Assembly (NCBI GenBank): GCA_030549845.1
Contig: JAUQQN010000001.1
Coordinates: 234,838-298,837 of the forward strand
Reading direction: 5' to 3'
Length of the DNA: 64,000 nucleotides
Origin: Patescibacteria group bacterium
GTDB taxonomy: Bacteria > Patescibacteriota > Minisyncoccia > UBA6257 > HR35
A program made the position numbers and the translations under genes. Positions within the stretch are counted from its first letter, which is position 1. Each line of letters begins with the position of its first letter. This document shows, in pieces, positions 59,078-64,000 of the stretch. The notes under the pieces are model-generated. The model ran no database searches. It was not told the origin of the DNA and saw nothing but the letters and a program-made list of their open reading frames with translations.

Positions 59078-59149
59078 TGCGGCTGGGAGGATTCGAACCT
59101 CCGACCTGGTGTTTATAAGACACCCGCTCTACCACTGAGCTACAGCCGC
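59078..59149 (-). tRNA. tRNA-Ile with anticodon UAU (AUA decoder)
   Basis: Hand-folded. Acceptor GCGGCTG/CAGCCGC, anticodon arm GGTGT-CTTATAA-ACACC, T arm GGAGG-TTCGAAT-CCTCC, discriminator A. Confidence 0.7.
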
Positions 59150-59169
59150 TTATTATATAATTTTACTAC

Positions 59170-59538
59170 TTATTCTAGAGGAATTTTCTTAACTCCTTCT
59201 GATCTAATCTTAGGAATTCTTATCATTAATATTCCATCTTTTAAGGAAGCTTTAATATTTTCTGTATCAACATCTCTTGGAAGAATTATTGTCTTTGAAA
59301 AAGGACCCCAATAACATTCTCTATAAAGATAATCTGTAATTCTTGGATTTTCAGGAGGCAACCTTTTACCTCTTATTATTAACATATCACCGTGAACCAA
59401 AATCTCTATATCATTCATAGTAACCCCAGAAATAGGTGATACTATAACTAGTTCATCATCTTTTAAATAAACATCTACAGCTAATTGTCCTTCTTCTTCG
59501 CTTAAGTTTAATGGATGCTCATGTTCCCACTCTGTCAT
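59170..59538 (-). CDS. Hsp20/alpha-crystallin family small heat-shock protein
   Basis: Alpha-crystallin domain blocks: DVYLKDDELVIVSPISGV...DIEILVHGDMLIIRGKR...FSKTIILPRDVDTENIKASLKDGILMIRIPK. Confidence 0.8.
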   Translation of the reverse strand: MTEWEHEHPLNLSEEEGQLAVDVYLKDDELVIVSPISGVTMNDIEILVHGDMLIIRGKRLPPENPRITDYLYRECYWGPFSKTIILPRDVDTENIKASLKDGILMIRIPKIRSEGVKKIPLE

Positions 59539-60244
59539 CTTTTATCTTTAATATTTTAAATTGAATTAAAACTAAAAGAAAAACAGCCCATAAAATTGGA
59601 AAAATATAAATTCTTATATCATCTTTAATTATAAAAATATTATAAATAAAATGCAAAAGGGTTGAAGAAATAAATGCTACAATAAAAGGTAAAATCCTTC
59701 TAATTTTGATTGAAATACCATACCCAAAGCCAATTATTAATGAAGCTAATAAATGTAAAAAATTTGCCCCCAAAAATCTCAAAATAGAGATAATTATTAC
59801 TAAAAATATAGAAACAACAAACTGATAGTTTAATTCAAGAAAACTCTTACATAAATAAGCAAATGTTTCTAAAAAACTAAAACCTATAGCAGAAAATCCC
59901 ATATATATCATAGCATCTACAGGTTCGTCAAAATATTTTGTTGGAAATATAAAAAGAAAAATTAAAAAAAACTTTAAAAATTCTTCTATAAATGCGCTTA
60001 AGAAAAAATATAAATAACTATCAGAACTACCTAATGCAAGATAAGTCCAATACTCGCCATAATAACTTATAATAGTCGCTAAAAATCCCAAGAGAATCGA
60101 AAAAATTATTAAATATCTAGGTTCAGGATGAGGGTCCTCATTTAATATAAATTCTAAATAAATCCAAATAGGTACTAATGTTGTAAAGAAAAGAATAAAT
60201 ATATTTGGATATCTAAGACAAGTAATTAAATCTGTTGTGGCCAC
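59519..60244 (-). CDS. PrsW-family intramembrane metalloprotease-like protein
   Basis: Polytopic membrane protein with EEFLK (ExxK), FSFLETFAY and LLHFIYN (HxxxN) motifs in the PrsW order. Confidence 0.55.
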   Translation of the reverse strand: MATTDLITCLRYPNIFILFFTTLVPIWIYLEFILNEDPHPEPRYLIIFSILLGFLATIISYYGEYWTYLALGSSDSYLYFFLSAFIEEFLKFFLIFLFIFPTKYFDEPVDAMIYMGFSAIGFSFLETFAYLCKSFLELNYQFVVSIFLVIIISILRFLGANFLHLLASLIIGFGYGISIKIRRILPFIVAFISSTLLHFIYNIFIIKDDIRIYIFPILWAVFLLVLIQFKILKIKDDRVGT

Positions 60245-62307
60245 GTTTGAAGCATTAATAAATCCTTATTTCCTATCTCTTGCCATAAATATTCTGTAAG
60301 AAAAGGCATAAAAGGATGAAGCATTTTTAATGAATTAATAATAATCATTCTTAAGACTTCTCTATTATTTTTAGTTTGCCCCTTACAAGATTCGATATAA
60401 ACATCGCAAAATTGATTCCAGAAAAATTTATAAAATCTTTTAAGAGCATCAGAAAACCTCAAATTCTCAATGTTTTTAGTCACGTATTTTAACGTAGAAT
60501 TAAAAGCTTTTATGATCTTTCTATCTTCTGCTGAGAACCCATTCTTTTTTTCCATCTCAGGATACCTTATTAAATAAAATCTAACAGCATTATAAACTTT
60601 ATTTGCAAATTTCATTCCATTTTCTACATTTACTTCGTCAAATTTTAGATCTTGCAAAAAAGTTGTTTGCCATGTAAGACCAAATCTTAAAGCATCAGCT
60701 CCGTATTTTTCAATTAAATCCAAAGGATCTATACCTGTTCCTAAACTTTTTGACATCCTTTTTCCCTCCTTTGTCAAAACTGTAGGATGTACATAAACTA
60801 ATTTGAATGGGGGTTTTTTCATAAAAAATATTCCTGAAAATATCATTCTACCGATCCATAAATTAATAATATCTCTTGCGGTAAAAACTACATTCGCAGG
60901 ATACCATTCTTTTTCTTTTTGTGTATATAAAATAGCAAAAGGCCATAAGGCAGAAGAAAACCATGTATCAAAAACCTCTTCTGTTCTATACCAATTGCTC
61001 TTTTTACATATCTTGCATTTTTTGTTTGGTTTTTTTCTAGAAACCTCATAACTATCTTCACAATTTTTGCAATACCAAACAGGTAAAGTTTGTCCCCACC
61101 ATATTTTTCTTGATATACACCAATCCCTTATATTTTTTAGCCAATCAAAATAAATTTTTTTAAATCTTTGAGGGAATATATAAACTTCTCTTGATTTAAC
61201 CGCATCCTTTGCAATCTTAGCAAGAATATCCATTTTTAAAAACCATTCTTTAGATGGAATTACTTGAAGTTCTGTATGACATCTATAGCAATAAGGAACA
61301 TTATGAAGTATTTTTTCTTCTTTGACAAGATAACCCTTTTCTTTAAGAATTTTTAAAATTTTTTCTCTTGCAGAAAGATAATCCAAACCTTCAAAGCCTT
61401 TTATATTTACAATTTTTGCGTTTTCATCTATAACTTTTACTATTTCTAAACCATGTCTTTTCCCTATTTCATAATCTATTATGCTATGAGCTGGGGTAAC
61501 TTTTACAACGCCAGTGCCAAATTTAGGATCTACTCTTTGATCTGTAATTACCAATAGCTCTCTATTAATAATTGGTAAAATAGCTATATGACCCCAATAT
61601 TTTTGATACCTTTCATCTGAAGGATTTACTGCTAAAGCTACATCACCTAACATAGTCTCAGGTCTAGTTGTAGCTACAGTTAAAAATTCATCTAAGTCTT
61701 TTAGGGGGTATTTTATGTAGTAAAGAGACCCTTCTTTGGTTTCATATTCAATTTCTAAGTCTGATAAACTTGTTTGACATCTTGGGCAATAATTTATAGC
61801 CCTATAATCTCTATAAATCCACCCTTTTTTGTAATACTCTATAAAAGCCTTTTCAACCCAATCAACATATTTTTTATCCATCGTAAATCTTGTTCTTGTC
61901 CAGTCAGGAGATATGCCTAATTTCTTAAATTGCTGCAAAATAATCCCACCATATTTTTCTTTCCATTCCCAAACTCTTTTTAAAAATTTTTCTCTACCTA
62001 AATCAAACCTTGTTAAGCCTTCTTTTTTTAATTCTTTTTCAACTACATTTTGCGTAGCTATTCCAGCGTGATCTAAGCCAGGTATCCAAATTATTTTAAA
62101 ACCGCGCATTCTTTTATATCTTAATAAAATATCAAGTAAGATATTTTGAAGAGAATGGCCCATATGTAAAGACCCGGTTACATTAGGAGGAGCCATTAAA
62201 GCAATGAATTTTTCACCTCCTTTTTGTTTTTCAACCTTAAGATAAGGCAACCATTTTTTATAAATTTTTTCTTCTATTTCTTGAGGGTTATATCTTGATC
62301 CAAGCAT
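60226..62307 (-). CDS. valS: Valyl-tRNA synthetase (short form lacking the C-terminal coiled coil)
   Basis: PPNVTGSLHMGHSLQN (HIGH), editing-domain block TTRPETMLGDVALAVNPSDERY, and RMSKSLGTGIDP (KMSKS). Confidence 0.85.
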   Translation of the reverse strand: MLGSRYNPQEIEEKIYKKWLPYLKVEKQKGGEKFIALMAPPNVTGSLHMGHSLQNILLDILLRYKRMRGFKIIWIPGLDHAGIATQNVVEKELKKEGLTRFDLGREKFLKRVWEWKEKYGGIILQQFKKLGISPDWTRTRFTMDKKYVDWVEKAFIEYYKKGWIYRDYRAINYCPRCQTSLSDLEIEYETKEGSLYYIKYPLKDLDEFLTVATTRPETMLGDVALAVNPSDERYQKYWGHIAILPIINRELLVITDQRVDPKFGTGVVKVTPAHSIIDYEIGKRHGLEIVKVIDENAKIVNIKGFEGLDYLSAREKILKILKEKGYLVKEEKILHNVPYCYRCHTELQVIPSKEWFLKMDILAKIAKDAVKSREVYIFPQRFKKIYFDWLKNIRDWCISRKIWWGQTLPVWYCKNCEDSYEVSRKKPNKKCKICKKSNWYRTEEVFDTWFSSALWPFAILYTQKEKEWYPANVVFTARDIINLWIGRMIFSGIFFMKKPPFKLVYVHPTVLTKEGKRMSKSLGTGIDPLDLIEKYGADALRFGLTWQTTFLQDLKFDEVNVENGMKFANKVYNAVRFYLIRYPEMEKKNGFSAEDRKIIKAFNSTLKYVTKNIENLRFSDALKRFYKFFWNQFCDVYIESCKGQTKNNREVLRMIIINSLKMLHPFMPFLTEYLWQEIGNKDLLMLQTWPQQI

Positions 62308-62337
62308 GGTTTGTTATTTAAATTATTAAAAAGAAAT

Positions 62338-62409
62338 TGGGCGGGAGAGGACTCGAACCTCTGACCTTCTCGTTGTAAGCGAGACGCTCTGCCACTGAGC
62401 TACCCGCCC
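62338..62409 (-). tRNA. tRNA-Val (anticodon UAC)
   Basis: Hand-folded. Acceptor GGGCGGG/CCCGCCC, anticodon arm TCTCG-CTTACAA-CGAGA, T arm AGAGG-TTCGAGT-CCTCT. Confidence 0.8.
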
Positions 62410-62424
62410 TATTTAATTTTATAA

Positions 62425-62985
62425 TTATAAACCGAGTTTATCTCTTATTTTTTTCATTGCATTAAGGCAAATTTCAGCAAGTTCTTCAACTTTTATCCCT
62501 AATAACTCTTCACATTTTTTGATAATTTCTCTATTAACTCCTCGCGCAAAGGAAGGTTCTTTAAATTTGCTCATTATTCTTTCAACAGTTACTTCATCTA
62601 AAGATTTATTAGGCATAACCAGTGCTACAGCTACAATAAAACCAGTCATTTCTTCACAAGAATATAATGCTTTTTCTAAAAGAGTCTTAGGTTCAAATCC
62701 ATGAATATGATTATGGATTTTTACAGCGTTTACAATTTCTTCTGGGAAACCTTCTTTTTGCAAAATTTCTGCACCAAGAAGAGAATGTTTTTCTGGGGTT
62801 TCTTTTGTCAATTCCCAATCTATATCATGAACTAAACCTGCAATTTTCCAAAGCTCTTCATTCTCGCCAAACTTTTTTGCGAGTTCTCCCATCAATGCTT
62901 CAACTGCAAAAAGATGTTTTTTCAGGTTTTCATTCTTTATGTATTTTTCCAAAAGTTTAAGTGCTTTATTTCTTAATTCTTCCAT
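62425..62985 (-). CDS. HD-domain phosphohydrolase
   Basis: H...HD motif (LVHDIDWE, HSLLGAEIL, KIHNH); 186 aa. Confidence 0.7.
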   Translation of the reverse strand: MEELRNKALKLLEKYIKNENLKKHLFAVEALMGELAKKFGENEELWKIAGLVHDIDWELTKETPEKHSLLGAEILQKEGFPEEIVNAVKIHNHIHGFEPKTLLEKALYSCEEMTGFIVAVALVMPNKSLDEVTVERIMSKFKEPSFARGVNREIIKKCEELLGIKVEELAEICLNAMKKIRDKLGL

Positions 62986-63025
62986 TTCTGAATTTATTCA
63001 ATTAAAATGAAATTATAAAAAATTT

Positions 63026-63844
63026 TTGTTTTTTATTAAAATAATTCTAATAATAATGAAAAATATAATTTCAAAACTTTTATTGGTTTCTTTATTGTTT
63101 TTGGTATGTAACCATTTTGCCTTTGCCCAAAATTTTTATCTTGAAAATTTAAAATTTAAAACTGCTTATAAAATTTCTATTCTAATTCCTAATCCTGTTC
63201 AAAAAATTTCTTTATTAAATAGCTTAGCAACAACTTCTTTGCAAACCTATAAAAAATTGAAAAATACAAGACAGAAAAATATTTTTTTAAATAACTATTT
63301 AGAAGTCTTAAAAGAATTAGATAAAACTTGGGATAATTTTTCATTTAATTATTCAGAATATCCAAAACTATATGAAAATTCCATTAAGTTATATGTAAGT
63401 CATCTAAAGGAAAATAATGAAACAATAAAAAATTTGAAAATTCAAGAATATCTAATAAAAATAATAATAAAGGTAGCATCTAAACTTGACAGCAAAGAAA
63501 GCTTAAATTTATTAAACAATATTATCACTAAATATAAAGGAACGGATCTAAATATTTTACAGAACTATTTAAAAGAAACAAAAAATTTAAATAACAAATA
63601 TTATGTTGAATTGATAAAAATTTTAAATGAACTTAAAACTTTAATAGATGAATTTGAAAAAGGAGAAAGAATTATAGTTAGTAATTATGACAAGATGGAA
63701 GAAAAGCTGTTAGAAATGCAAAAAGAAGCAAATTTAGCTATGGAAAATATTAAAAAAATGAAATTAAAGGAATTTGAAGAAAATATTTTAAAATTAAAAG
63801 AAGCTGTAGATTTTATTAAGAAAAATTCCAAAAAAATAAAATGA
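63026..63844 (+). CDS. Hypothetical secreted protein
   Basis: A signal peptide (KLLLVSLLFLVCNHFAFAQ) follows an internal M at 63056. K/N/E-rich helical remainder. No motif. Confidence 0.45.
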   Translation: MFFIKIILIIMKNIISKLLLVSLLFLVCNHFAFAQNFYLENLKFKTAYKISILIPNPVQKISLLNSLATTSLQTYKKLKNTRQKNIFLNNYLEVLKELDKTWDNFSFNYSEYPKLYENSIKLYVSHLKENNETIKNLKIQEYLIKIIIKVASKLDSKESLNLLNNIITKYKGTDLNILQNYLKETKNLNNKYYVELIKILNELKTLIDEFEKGERIIVSNYDKMEEKLLEMQKEANLAMENIKKMKLKEFEENILKLKEAVDFIKKNSKKIK

Positions 63845-64000
63845 AAAAAGTATTATTTATAATAGCAAAACAAGGATTTAGAGATGAGGAATATTTTATA
63901 CCTAAATCTATACTAGAAGAAAAATTTGAAGTTAAAACAGCAAGTAATTCTAAGGAGAAAAGTATAGCCTTAGGATTTTTAGGAGGAGAAGCCGAGGTTG
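63841..64000 (+). CDS. DJ-1/PfpI-family protein, 3' end beyond the window
   Basis: MKKVLFIIAKQGFRDEEYFIPKSILEEKFEVKTASNSKEKSIALGFLGGEAEV is a DJ-1/PfpI-type N-terminus. Its ATG overlaps the upstream stop (ATGA). Confidence 0.6.
   Translation, partial: MKKVLFIIAKQGFRDEEYFIPKSILEEKFEVKTASNSKEKSIALGFLGGEAEV

Overview
This 64 kb window appears to come from an AT-rich bacterial chromosome, roughly 28-30% GC by eye. It has a streamlined, reduced-genome look (many short housekeeping proteins, weak or absent Shine-Dalgarno sequences), which is compatible with a Patescibacteria/CPR-like lineage, though this cannot be proven from sequence alone. Most genes are on the minus strand.

Content from left to right:
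- 1-6 kb: a cell-surface glycan cluster. It holds a GT4 and a GT2 glycosyltransferase, a homolog of the plant RGP/UDP-arabinopyranose mutase (GT75) family, a methyltransferase-like gene and two NAD-dependent sugar epimerases.
- 6-9.6 kb: an ArsR-family regulator and two M20 peptidases, with a 26-bp palindromic motif repeated three times in upstream intergenic regions.
- 9.7-10.7 kb: a roughly 1 kb island at about 50% GC, bounded by GC-rich hairpins, encoding a YbdK/GCS2-like carboxylate-amine ligase.
- 10.8-19.2 kb: sodA, a frameshifted FMN reductase, tRNA-Ser, gltX, a histidine kinase, polA, tsaE and yebC.
- 19.3-22.2 kb: a 23S rRNA gene with no 16S or 5S nearby, flanked by a roughly 29-bp processing stem. 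It appears to be co-transcribed with yebC.
- 22-37 kb: rplS, serS, folD, glyA, a class A PBP, and type IV pilus parts (a PilB ATPase and a pilin-like protein carrying a LamG lectin domain).
- 37-41 kb: the chromosomal origin neighbourhood, with dnaN-dnaA divergent from rpmH-rnpA-yidC.
- 41-55 kb: a 14 kb minus-strand block. It contains a VirB4-like ATPase, a PrgI/VirB3-like protein, a VirB6-like polytopic membrane protein, a membrane-anchored 3D-domain protein and giant secreted proteins, with no coupling protein or relaxase. This looks like a minimal Gram-positive-type T4SS-like apparatus.
- 55-64 kb: leuS, valS, Hsp20, a PrsW-like protease, and HD and DJ-1 family proteins.

Eight tRNAs were identified by hand-folding: Ser-CGA, Lys-UUU, Ala-UGC, Asp-GUC, initiator Met-CAU, Thr-CGU, Ile-UAU and Val-UAC. 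No CRISPR array, transposase or integrase was recognised. All calls rest on my own translation and motif recognition. No database searches were run.
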